DNA of 64,000 nucleotides. Source: a virus. Lineage: Duplodnaviria > Caudoviricetes. The translations under genes and the position numbers were made by a program. Below are positions 1-9,242 of the stretch, in pieces (position 1 is the stretch's first letter; each line of letters starts with the position of its first letter). The stretch spans positions 128,001 through 192,000 of the IMG/VR virus record IMGVR_UViG_3300032265_002598; one strand, 5' to 3'. A model generated the notes under the pieces. The model was not told where the DNA came from. It saw only the letters and a program-made list of their open reading frames with translations, and did no database searches.

Positions 1-1
1 C

Positions 2-1510
2 ATTAATAGAAAATCCATAATCTAAATCTCTAATCATATTTAGTAGTATCAAAGAAGAAGCTAATTGATGCTGAGGCATATGTTTGGATACAGTACCAGT
101 AATAGCATCATATGGACTTATGTTTGTAGGTAAGTTTTTGACAGGCTCAAGTATCGGTAAACTTTCTTTCCACTTACCTTGTAATCCTTTGAGAACAACA
201 CTATCAAAATATTTTTCCCATTTTTTAGCTATATTATCCCAATTATAATGCTGCTCAGTAAGCTTGCGTGTTTCAAACCTTTTTTGTTCTTTAAGAAAAT
301 TTGGTAAAGCAAGGTATTCTTGTAGCACTTCTACTAAATGATCATTGTCTGGATAAACTCTAACAGCTTTTGTCTCTAGTTCTTTAAAATACTGGTTTAT
401 CTTAATAGGATATCCACCAACCTTACGAACAACGTCGCTCATAGCACTATAATCTACAGATGCTATTGGAACACCACAAGCCGATGCTTCAACTTGAGGC
501 ATACCAAAACCTTCACAAATAGCATATTGAACATATATGTCAAAAGAATTCATAAGCATATTTAATGTCTGAGAAGATACGCCAGCACCAACATTAGGAA
601 GAGAAAATGCTTTCTGGCTACATCTTGGACAATGAGCCATAGGATGTTGATATAAACAAGGATAAAAATATCCACAGCTTTTGCAACTATATGAGAATAA
701 TACTCTATTGCCTACTTTATATTCTTTTAGTAATTGTGGTATGTCCCAACCTGCATCTGGATAGCTAGTATGAAGATATAGATAGGTTTTTTCTCCTATC
801 GGATTATTTTCTGCTTGTAATTTGGATAATAAAGACTTTAACGCTGAGAATAGTTCAGGAATGAGTTTTCTTTTTTGGTTTCTCATTACAGAACCAATAA
901 TAAAACTATCTGGATCAAGACCGAGATGAATCTTTAATTCTTTTCTATCCTCTATCATATTAAACGTATTTAGATCAACACCGGGAGAAGTAGTATCTAT
1001 ATACTTAATTTTATTATTACTTTGTGCTAATAAAGTTTCTTTACCAAAATCAGAATAGGTAAAAATAGCATCTGCTTGCAAAAAAGTATCAATCCATTCT
1101 TCTTGCTGTGGGGCAGAATCCACAGTTGGCATAAGAACCCAATGAAAGAAGGGCCTTAGTGGAGAAAATTGTTGATACGAACTCATCCAGTAATCTCTAA
1201 CATCAAATACAATATCCGGCTGGAAGTCTAATAATACTCGTTCAAATCTCCAACGACCAAATTGGTTTTCCATAGAACTATTATATTCTTGGCTTCTAGG
1301 GTCTTTAGAATCCACAGCATTGGCATAATATTTCCAATGAATATCGACATCTTTTGGATCATTTACCTTACCATATGAAGCAAATTCTGCTATATCATAT
1401 TTTCCGGTAGCATGAAGTCTTTTTAGTATTTCTCTAGCATATGTTCCAAAACCCGAACTTAAAAAGCTGGCCTCAGAACACATTAAAATTTTCAATTTTT
1501 TGTTAGACAT
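2..1510 (-). CDS. GT4-like (GT-B) glycosyltransferase with internal Cys-rich segment; 3' end runs off the window
   Basis: Hand translation from ATG at 1510: MSNKKLKILMCSEASFLSSGFGTYAREIL...; C-terminal EGFGMPQVEASACGVP motif; CKSC...CPRC segment. Absent from ORF track because no stop lies in the window. Confidence 0.85.
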   Translation of the reverse strand, partial: MSNKKLKILMCSEASFLSSGFGTYAREILKRLHATGKYDIAEFASYGKVNDPKDVDIHWKYYANAVDSKDPRSQEYNSSMENQFGRWRFERVLLDFQPDIVFDVRDYWMSSYQQFSPLRPFFHWVLMPTVDSAPQQEEWIDTFLQADAIFTYSDFGKETLLAQSNNKIKYIDTTSPGVDLNTFNMIEDRKELKIHLGLDPDSFIIGSVMRNQKRKLIPELFSALKSLLSKLQAENNPIGEKTYLYLHTSYPDAGWDIPQLLKEYKVGNRVLFSYSCKSCGYFYPCLYQHPMAHCPRCSQKAFSLPNVGAGVSSQTLNMLMNSFDIYVQYAICEGFGMPQVEASACGVPIASVDYSAMSDVVRKVGGYPIKINQYFKELETKAVRVYPDNDHLVEVLQEYLALPNFLKEQKRFETRKLTEQHYNWDNIAKKWEKYFDSVVLKGLQGKWKESLPILEPVKNLPTNISPYDAITGTVSKHMPQHQLASSLILLNMIRDLDYGFSIN

Positions 1511-1536
1511 AAAAAACGGGGGTGTTTTGCACCCCC
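1511..1536 (-). terminator. Rho-independent terminator after ssb
   Basis: Minus strand GGGGGTG-CAAAA-CACCCCC followed by GTTTTTT. Confidence 0.8.
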
Positions 1537-1564
1537 ATCTCTTAAAATGGTAAAGGGATTTAAT

Positions 1565-1936
1565 TTAGAAACTAACTACTTCTTCAGCCTGATCCTTGTT
1601 TTTCTTAGACAATTTAGTAATCTTAGAAAAATTATTAACACGAACCTTCAGGGAATTATGCTTCACGCCATCTTTTTCCCATGAGTCGTTCCTGAGAGAT
1701 CCTTCTACCAAAACAAAATCACCTTTCTTGAATGATTGTCCGATAATCTCAGCACCACTATCCCATGCTTCACATGGAACGAATGTAGTTACCTTATCTC
1801 GTTCACCATTTGCCTTCGTGTATTCCCTAGAAACAGCTACAGTAAAATTAACTACTGAAGTCTGTTTACCATTTGTATTCACTACACGCATTTCAGGATC
1901 TCTAGCTAAATTACCACGTAGAATATTAATATTCAT
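1565..1936 (-). CDS. ssb: single-stranded DNA-binding protein
   Basis: MNINILRGNLARDPEMR...VPCEAW...GDFVLVEGSLRNDSWEKDG; start placed at ATG 1936 after RBS-like AGGAG. Confidence 0.95.
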   Translation of the reverse strand: MNINILRGNLARDPEMRVVNTNGKQTSVVNFTVAVSREYTKANGERDKVTTFVPCEAWDSGAEIIGQSFKKGDFVLVEGSLRNDSWEKDGVKHNSLKVRVNNFSKITKLSKKNKDQAEEVVSF

Positions 1937-1985
1937 CAAAGTGCTCCTTAAAATAAAAACCAAGGTCCAAAACGAACTGCTCCAT

Positions 1986-2013
1986 ATTATAGCTTGATGG
2001 AAGCCAGAGTCAA
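1986..2013 (-). promoter_or_regulatory. sigma70-like promoter for ssb
   Basis: TTGACT-16 nt-TATAAT overlapping the dnaE-C stop codon. Confidence 0.65.
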
Positions 2014-3641
2014 GTCTTAGGAATATACGTCTTTTCGACTATGAACGAATCACCAGACTTGGCTCTATTACCTTTGATAATGATAACATTACCATCAAAC
2101 AAAATGTTACGATAAGCTTTATATGCTTCCGGAAAGAATACAACAGAATCTATTACTCCCGTGCCATCACTCATGGTAACAAATGCCATCTCTTGACCAG
2201 GGGTTTTGCCAGATTTAGTTTTGGTAACACCTACACTCTCTATCTCTCCACATAGAATAATATTATCTTTAAGAGTAGTATTCTTAAAATCTTTACAAGT
2301 TGTATTAGTCATTGTAATATCATACATATCAACCTTAGAACAAGTAATACTACAGCCCAGGAAAGCATCCTCCGCATCAGATATCCAATCTGGATTATCT
2401 TCTAAAGAATATGGAGGTTTATTATAACTATTAATTAGATCAAGTATAATACTTTTTCTGTTTTTATTAGATTTACCATTATGATACAAATCATATAAAG
2501 CATCTCCTATAGACTTATATTGATACAGGTTAGCTAGTATGAAATCCGATTCTTTTTTTGTTAATTCAGATACTAATCCAAACTCAAATAACATCCCGGT
2601 TCTTTGTTTACCCAAATAAGATATAGCACCACTTTGAATTAAAGCTTTGGCTGATGTAGAATTGATATTTATCAAGACTTTCATAAGCATCTCAACCCAA
2701 TTCATAGTATCAAAATCTAGTTTTTTATCTGTTTTAATTTTAATCAACTTATCAAAAACAGACTGTCCAAAACCCTTAATATCTGTTAATCCAAAATATA
2801 TCTTATTGTTTTTTAGAATAAACAATTGGTTTAGATTTCTAATATCGGGTATACAAACAGGAACATCCATCTCATTAGCATTTTGAACTAATTCTTTGAT
2901 CTCTGCTTTAGGATCAATTTTATCTTTAGCAAATCTTAAGTACGCTGCAAAAAAGATTTTTGGAAAGTGAGCTTTTGTATATGCTGATAAATAACTATTA
3001 ATCGCATAACTAACAGCATGAGATTTATTAAAGGAATATCTTTGAGATTTTTCGATCCATCCAAAAATTTCTTCAGCTTGAGAGGTAGCTACTGTACCAA
3101 CTTTTTCTGTTCCTTCTAAAAATTTAATCTTAATCTTAGCCATCTCTTCTGGCTTTTTCTTACCGATTGCTTTTCTCAACATATCTGCTTCTTGAAGATC
3201 AAAGCCAGCTACTATTTTAGCAATTTCCATAGCTTGTTCTTGATAAATCATTTCGCCATATGTTCCTTTTAGAATGGGCTCTAAAGAAGGATGATAGTAA
3301 TCTACAGACTCTTGACCATTCTTTTTATCTATAAAATGGTTAGAAACTGATTTACCATCTCTAAAAGCTTCCAAACATCCTGGTCTCATAATACTAATTA
3401 AAGCAGAAAGTTGTTCAATATTTTCTGGCTTTAATTTTTTGGCCATAGATTTACCTAGTCTAGACTCCAATTGGAAACACCCCTTTGTATTTCCATCCGA
3501 AATTAAATCCCAAGTCTTCTGACACTCTAAACTAATCTCTTCTATTTTTGGATTAAATTTAAGAGTCATTCTGTCTTTGTCTTCATGTTCAGACAGAATA
3601 TCAAAAGAACAACCGCAACTATATTGAAATTTTTTAGGCAT
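2010..3641 (-). CDS. dnaE: DNA polymerase III alpha, C-terminal part (fingers, HhH, OB fold)
   Basis: GCFQLES, RPGCL, TYGEMIYQEQAM, LRKAIGKK, YSFNKSHAVSY motifs; C-terminal OB fold. Confidence 0.95.
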   Translation of the reverse strand: MPKKFQYSCGCSFDILSEHEDKDRMTLKFNPKIEEISLECQKTWDLISDGNTKGCFQLESRLGKSMAKKLKPENIEQLSALISIMRPGCLEAFRDGKSVSNHFIDKKNGQESVDYYHPSLEPILKGTYGEMIYQEQAMEIAKIVAGFDLQEADMLRKAIGKKKPEEMAKIKIKFLEGTEKVGTVATSQAEEIFGWIEKSQRYSFNKSHAVSYAINSYLSAYTKAHFPKIFFAAYLRFAKDKIDPKAEIKELVQNANEMDVPVCIPDIRNLNQLFILKNNKIYFGLTDIKGFGQSVFDKLIKIKTDKKLDFDTMNWVEMLMKVLININSTSAKALIQSGAISYLGKQRTGMLFEFGLVSELTKKESDFILANLYQYKSIGDALYDLYHNGKSNKNRKSIILDLINSYNKPPYSLEDNPDWISDAEDAFLGCSITCSKVDMYDITMTNTTCKDFKNTTLKDNIILCGEIESVGVTKTKSGKTPGQEMAFVTMSDGTGVIDSVVFFPEAYKAYRNILFDGNVIIIKGNRAKSGDSFIVEKTYIPKT

Positions 3642-4335
3642 GAGATGTTGATTGAAATGAGTCCTTAAACTTAATCTTATTTCCTAGGTTACGATGCAGT
3701 CTCATAAAACGAACCAGAATTTCTGCACAATCCTTAACATCTTTAAGAGCATCATGGGCACCTTCTTTATTAATACCAAGATAATCTCTTAGAGTATCTA
3801 AAGAAAGATTTTTTAGATCACTATTGTTTTCAAACCAATAGAAAACTAAATTCATAATATCTAATACATCTCTTGGATAAAAAATATCACTTCTATCTTC
3901 CTTATTAGTATTACCATATTTGCGACTAAGTCTATCAATAATTGGTAGGTCGAACCTATTAATATTATAGCCAGCGGCAATAGGGGCACTAAATTGGCTC
4001 TTCTTACTAGACCTGCTATGGTGCATAGTCAAATAATTTGTAAATAACTTCCATGATTGATCTTGAGAGGGATATTTCTTCCACTCTGCTAAAATAGACT
4101 CTTTTGAAGAACCTCTTACTTTAGCATGAAAATCTAATATGTCTGTAGTATATTGGTAATCTTCATTATTTGCCAAAACTTCTGGTTTAAAAAAGATATT
4201 AAATTCAGAATTTGGAACAATCTCTAATTTCAATGGATCGATAATCACTGCGGCAATCTGAACAGGACTACAAGACTTTGGGTCAGAGCCATCTGTTTCA
4301 AAATCAAACACACAAATTTTGTTATAGTTAATCAT
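3634..4335 (-). CDS. dnaQ: DEDDh 3'-5' exonuclease (DnaQ/epsilon-like)
   Basis: VFDFETDG (ExoI), AGYNINRFD (ExoII), GAHDALKDV (ExoIII). Confidence 0.9.
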   Translation of the reverse strand: MINYNKICVFDFETDGSDPKSCSPVQIAAVIIDPLKLEIVPNSEFNIFFKPEVLANNEDYQYTTDILDFHAKVRGSSKESILAEWKKYPSQDQSWKLFTNYLTMHHSRSSKKSQFSAPIAAGYNINRFDLPIIDRLSRKYGNTNKEDRSDIFYPRDVLDIMNLVFYWFENNSDLKNLSLDTLRDYLGINKEGAHDALKDVKDCAEILVRFMRLHRNLGNKIKFKDSFQSTSHA

Positions 4336-4532
4336 TCGGTGGTCTCAACCTCTACTTCTATTAATGGTAGAACCTGAATCTTTTGTTCTGGATTGTCTAA
4401 TCTAGCAGCATTTATAACTGTACAACAACTAATTCTTTGTTCTTCAGTCTTAGTATACTTATTAAGTTCAAATGTAAATACCTTACCAATAGCTAAATCC
4501 ATAAATTTAATCTTTTGGGTTGCCATAATCAA
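4332..4532 (-). CDS. hypothetical protein
   Basis: 66-aa ORF overlapping both neighbours by 4 nt (translational coupling). Confidence 0.7.
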   Translation of the reverse strand: MIMATQKIKFMDLAIGKVFTFELNKYTKTEEQRISCCTVINAARLDNPEQKIQVLPLIEVEVETTE

Positions 4533-6422
4533 TCTCCTTTTGATAAAATGTCTTGAATAGTCATGATCTTATCTAACATTGCCACGCCAAGAATATCAAA
4601 CTTGATAATACCTAACGCTTCTAGGTCTTGCATCTCCATGCCAGCTATAAGTTGGTCATTCTTTGAATCATATACCATAGGACACAGAGTATTTAATGGT
4701 TGAGCACTAATTGCAATACCAGCCGCATGTTTAGACTGGTTAGACTTAGTACCTTCTAATCTAATAGCCTGTTCAAACCGTTTGGCAAGTGGTCCCTGCA
4801 ATTCATTTTTTTCATCTATATAGCACCATTCTTTCAGTTTATCTGGCTCATTTTCTAAAGCCCACCGAATAATAGATGCTTCGCCAGTTTCTTCTTTCAT
4901 TTCTTGAAGATCATCAGCAATTTTAGCTTCATCTGGAATACTTTTAGTAATCTTATTCATTTCATCAAAAGATATATTACCATATACTCTTAATACATCC
5001 TTAATAGCTCCACGACCCTTAATAGTATTAAATGTAATCATTTGGGAAACCTTATCAGCCCCATAACACTGTTTAATATATTCAATTACATTTTCTCTTT
5101 TGTTGATAGGTACGTCTACATCAATATCAGGCATAGAGATGTGATCTTTACTATTTCGTCCAGCATTGTAAAATCTATCAAATAATAGACCATATTTAAT
5201 AGGATCAATACTAGTAATACCGATTAAATAAGAGACCAAACAACCGGCAGCACTTCCTCTTCCCGGTCCCGGAAGCCAATTATTTTTTCTAACATAATTC
5301 ACAATATCTTGTACAATTAAAAAATAGCTAGAAAGATCTGCTCCTTGTAGAACCTCAAGTTCATACTTAATTCTATTAACATAATCTTGTTGCTTATCTT
5401 TGTCTATTATATTAGCAATTTTATCTCTCCATCCATTACGACATAATTGTCTGAGATATTCATCTGGATTAGCTCCGTCCGGACAAGGGAATGGAGGTAA
5501 ATGTGGCTTATCTAAGATATTATAATTTTCACATAATGAATCTACTAATTTGGTATTTTCCATTTCTTCTTCAGTATGAAAATGATCCATTTCTTCTGGA
5601 GATAAGATATGGAAGTTGTCAGATGTAAAAAAGCACCCAAGAGGCACTTCCTCGTCGTTACTAATCTTCCTGCTGATCTCTGGGAAGGTCGTTTTTAAAT
5701 TATTACAGAGAAGCACCCTTTGATCTACAGCATCCTCCTTACGGCAATAGTGAGCGTCTGGTGTGGAGATGATTTTTGTGTTGGTCATTTTGGCCAAATC
5801 TCTCATAGCACCAGTCAAAACTGTTTGGATAGGAGAATTGGCCGAATCCATTAATTGTGCTTCTAAAAAGAAATTTTCTTTACCAAAAACATCTTTAAGT
5901 TTACCAATTTGATCAATACCTATATTTTTCCAGTCGCCAAGTAATTGATTATCAACACTAATCTTATCTGCCAAATAGGATCCAGCATGACCACAAAATC
6001 CAATAATATTATTATTACAATATTGTGCAAGAGTCTCTATATTTAGTCTTGGTTTATGATAAAAATGATCGGGTTGATTAGACTCAGAAACAATTCTAAT
6101 AAGACTCTTCCATCCCTCGTAGTTCTTGGCTAGAATAACAAAGTGAGTTAGGTCTTTATTTTCTTTTGTTTTAATCTTAGGATCTTGATCACAAATATAA
6201 ATCTCACACCCTAAAATAGGTTTAATACCCTTCTTCTTCATTTCTGTATAAAATTTAACTGATCCAGCAATATTACCATGATCAGTCAATGCGCAAGAAG
6301 TTGCACCTATTTCCTGACATCTTTCAGTAATAGTTCTCGGTTGCGATAGTCCATCCAAAAGTGAGTACATAGCCCACCTAAGAATGGACATGCAGAGGCA
6401 CATATCCTCTAGTCATGTCCAT
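4529..6422 (-). CDS. dnaE: DNA polymerase III alpha, N-terminal part (PHP + palm); frame interrupted by a 10-nt insert at 6371-6380
   Basis: ALTDHGN, PILGCEIY, TPDAHY, GPGRGSAAG, MPDIDVD, KFDILG motifs. RBS AAGGAG + ATG at 6422 gives MDMTRGYVPLHVHS*; MYSLLDG resumes in another frame at 6370. Confidence 0.9.
6371..6380 (-). other. 10-nt frame-breaking insert (TAGGTGGGCT), candidate bypass/recoding element
   Basis: Removing it restores YVPLHVHSMYSLLDG, the PHP N-terminal motif of DnaE. Confidence 0.7.
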
Positions 6423-6463
6423 ATCTAATTTTCTCCTTATTTCGTTGTTCTAACCAAAAATAT

Positions 6464-7504
6464 TTATACGGTGCCGGGTGCTTTGTAATGACCTATACTA
6501 TAGCCGGGAGCTTGATACTTGTCAATGACAGCTTTCATCCCAGTTGTGTCTATATCATGTTTAACTTGTTCGCACTTTGTCATACATTGGTCTTTAGCTG
6601 TTAGTTGACCATCTCTATATTCTGTTAATGGTTGTATTGAACTATTAGCAAATGTACTTTTCCCAAAGTGGCATAACTTACTGCATTTCCAACTTTTATT
6701 TAGTTGTGGCTTTTGAGTATTCTTTATAGTCTCAAATTTTTGTTTCAACATGATTTCTGTTTTGTATAGATCTGTTTTATCAAAACAAATAGTAAATGCT
6801 CCACCATCATTGATGAAATTAATAGATATCATTACGTGTTCGATCTCTGGGTACATATGCTGAATAGCATAGTGATATATTCTTAATTGAGGATCATTTT
6901 GTAATTTTTCTAAAGTTTTTTCTTCTCCAGTAGCCCAGTCTAATCTTCGTCCTGTTTTCCAATCAATAACTTCTAGAGTATTGTTATTGACTTTGGTAAT
7001 AAGATCAATAGTGCCTTTTATAGCAAGATTTCCTTCAAGGATTCCATCTTTGGTTTCATATCGGTATGATGACCAGGGTTTCTTAATCTCAAGATCAAAG
7101 CGTTGTTCTGGCTGAACGATATGTCTATTCCTAGGATCAAACATACCCTTATTATATTCTAAAGCTTTATTAATCCATGCATGACAATCTTTATGATCTT
7201 TTGGTTCCCAAACATGATGAGTGAACTGAGAAGTATAATATTCATATACTTGATCAGTTATTTTTTTGATACTATAATTATTAATGTCTACTTTTCCCAC
7301 AACATCATCCTCAAAAATTGGACTATTGTTTTGGGTATTTAGTTTAATAAATGCTAAGATTTCTAAAGCCTTATGACAAATAGTTCCTTTGTCTGCTTTT
7401 TTATTTGATGGAGATCTTAAACCAAGGATATACTCAAAAAAATATTGCTGTGGACACATAGAGTGTGTGCCATAAGAACTACTTCTTAGATATGTAATTA
7501 TAAT
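6464..7504 (-). CDS. Cas4/RecB-like PD-(D/E)XK exonuclease, probable ATT start
   Basis: KGTIDL...IDWKTG, QLRIY motifs and Fe-S type Cys (CPQQ...CSKLCHF); open frame extends upstream of the ATG at 7459 as IIITYLRSSSYGTHS. Confidence 0.8.
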   Translation of the reverse strand: MIITYLRSSSYGTHSMCPQQYFFEYILGLRSPSNKKADKGTICHKALEILAFIKLNTQNNSPIFEDDVVGKVDINNYSIKKITDQVYEYYTSQFTHHVWEPKDHKDCHAWINKALEYNKGMFDPRNRHIVQPEQRFDLEIKKPWSSYRYETKDGILEGNLAIKGTIDLITKVNNNTLEVIDWKTGRRLDWATGEEKTLEKLQNDPQLRIYHYAIQHMYPEIEHVMISINFINDGGAFTICFDKTDLYKTEIMLKQKFETIKNTQKPQLNKSWKCSKLCHFGKSTFANSSIQPLTEYRDGQLTAKDQCMTKCEQVKHDIDTTGMKAVIDKYQAPGYSIGHYKAPGTV

Positions 7505-8094
7505 GTGAATATTCCTTTTTCTTTTAAGAAAGCTACTATTAATTCTGACTGTTGGAAAATATTTAATCTATCATTTTGAACAAATGAATCAAACTTCCAC
7601 GGAGAATATTTTTCTGGATCTAGCGCTGTTTCGCTTGGATGATCTGAATGATATGGATTTCTAGTAAGTTTTATTACTAGTCCACCAACAGCTTGAATAG
7701 CTTCCACTTCATTGGGAAATCTGCAATCAGCTATAATAGCCAAATCTGGTTTTTCATTCTTTATTCTGTTAATAGTAGCACTAGTCCATACATCATTTTT
7801 CATTTTACGAAATAAATCAGTACCAACAAATTGCATAACTTCTCTAGCTGTGAGATTTTTACCTTCCCACGAAATATCTGTTTCTGTATTCTTATCCGTA
7901 TCTTCTCCGTAACATTGCTGATAAGTTAATCCAAGTATATTTATACATATTTCTTGTTTGAGTGGATCAGCAAAATTATATATCTTAACAGAACGATCTT
8001 CTCCTACATTAGCTTTATAATAACCCAAAACAGCTTCTGCACAGGTTGTCTTACCGGATTGTTTTCTACCAGCGAACGCTATAATCTTGGTCAT
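7498..8094 (-). CDS. deoxynucleoside monophosphate kinase
   Basis: AGRKQSGKTT P-loop, FADPLK, REVMQFVGT, IADCRFPNE typical of T4 gp1-like dNMP kinases. Confidence 0.88.
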   Translation of the reverse strand: MTKIIAFAGRKQSGKTTCAEAVLGYYKANVGEDRSVKIYNFADPLKQEICINILGLTYQQCYGEDTDKNTETDISWEGKNLTAREVMQFVGTDLFRKMKNDVWTSATINRIKNEKPDLAIIADCRFPNEVEAIQAVGGLVIKLTRNPYHSDHPSETALDPEKYSPWKFDSFVQNDRLNIFQQSELIVAFLKEKGIFTL

Positions 8095-9242
8095 ACAATG
8101 CTTTCTAAGAATGGTTTAATTTCTGTTTCTATTTCTGATTTAGTCATTTCGCCGATATCTGATTTTGAAATTTGTGGAATAAATATTCTATATGTATTTT
8201 TACATTTTTCTTTAATCTGTTCAGCAGCTTTTCTGCCAGCATCATCATTATCTGTTAATATAACAATAGTCATAGCTCCAGAAGAATCAAGCATAATTTT
8301 TTGCCTATCACTCAGAGAAGAACCAAATATAGCTACACTATTATGTATTCCACTTTCTTCTAATCTCCATACATTTCCTGGGCTTTCAACTATTATAGCT
8401 ATTGTACTTTTAATAATATGTTCTTTTGCAAACCAGAAATTATATAGACAGTTTTGACTTTTAAAGTTTACGCTATGTTTCCACTTGGAAGATAACCATT
8501 TCTTTTCATCAGATGGACAGGCCTCTTTTGAATCATGATATGATGAACATTTAGGGCATTTTTCAGATATACTCCTACCGGAACATCCTATCATATGGGT
8601 ATAGTCATTATTATAGATTGGAACAACAACCCTATTAGACATCTCTTTATTTGGCTTATTACAAAATCCAATATCATATTTATTAAGTATCTCTAATGAG
8701 TATCCTCTACTTAAATAATACTCAGCTGGCATTATCAAAGACTTTCTCACTTGTTCTCTTGTAGGAAGTTGTGATACTGGAGTTTGTGTAGCTGTAGCAT
8801 TACCAATATAGTTAATAGTACTAGTAAATAATTTTTTATCTTTATCTGAACCAGATATCTTGATATTCTTTAAGTCTTTCTTAATGAACTTGAGAGCAAA
8901 GTCTAAAGCATCATTAAAAGAACAGGCCTTATCTCCATCTTTTTCCCAGCCATGCTTTTGATGAGATAATACCCCTCTGATAAAACCTATTACTGATGCT
9001 TTAAATACTTTATCACATCCATGTGTTCTACACTTCCAATTACCTCGATATCGATCTCCTTCTGGATATAGATTGATAGCTGAGATGTTGTCTCCACCGT
9101 GGATAGGACAAGCCATTGAAATCATCTTATTATTTGATCTATACTCAATATTAAAAAAGTCTAGTAAGGTATCAATATTATCACATACCTCATCACAAAC
9201 TATTTTAAGCTTGTGTTGATCATTCAAATGGGATTTCTTCAT
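8091..9242 (-). CDS. dnaG: DNA primase (Zn-binding + TOPRIM)
   Basis: CPIHGGDN Zn-binding domain, RVVVPI, IIVESPGNV, LTDNDDAGRKA; start likely MKKSH at 9242. Confidence 0.88.
   Translation of the reverse strand: MKKSHLNDQHKLKIVCDEVCDNIDTLLDFFNIEYRSNNKMISMACPIHGGDNISAINLYPEGDRYRGNWKCRTHGCDKVFKASVIGFIRGVLSHQKHGWEKDGDKACSFNDALDFALKFIKKDLKNIKISGSDKDKKLFTSTINYIGNATATQTPVSQLPTREQVRKSLIMPAEYYLSRGYSLEILNKYDIGFCNKPNKEMSNRVVVPIYNNDYTHMIGCSGRSISEKCPKCSSYHDSKEACPSDEKKWLSSKWKHSVNFKSQNCLYNFWFAKEHIIKSTIAIIVESPGNVWRLEESGIHNSVAIFGSSLSDRQKIMLDSSGAMTIVILTDNDDAGRKAAEQIKEKCKNTYRIFIPQISKSDIGEMTKSEIETEIKPFLESIV

Noticed and set aside
3560-4600. Split intein joining the DnaE halves
   Set aside because: No intein N-terminal block after dnaE-N and no HN-C/S/T junction in dnaE-C
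6378-6380. Genome-wide UAG reassignment as the explanation of the dnaE stop
   Set aside because: TAG ends other genes here (ssb, rIIA, rIIB), and readthrough would not reach the MYSLLDG frame
6371-6403. ORF-track N-terminus MCLCMSILRWA for dnaE-N
   Set aside because: It is the out-of-frame reading of YVPLHVHS and has no RBS; the AAGGAG RBS belongs to ATG 6422
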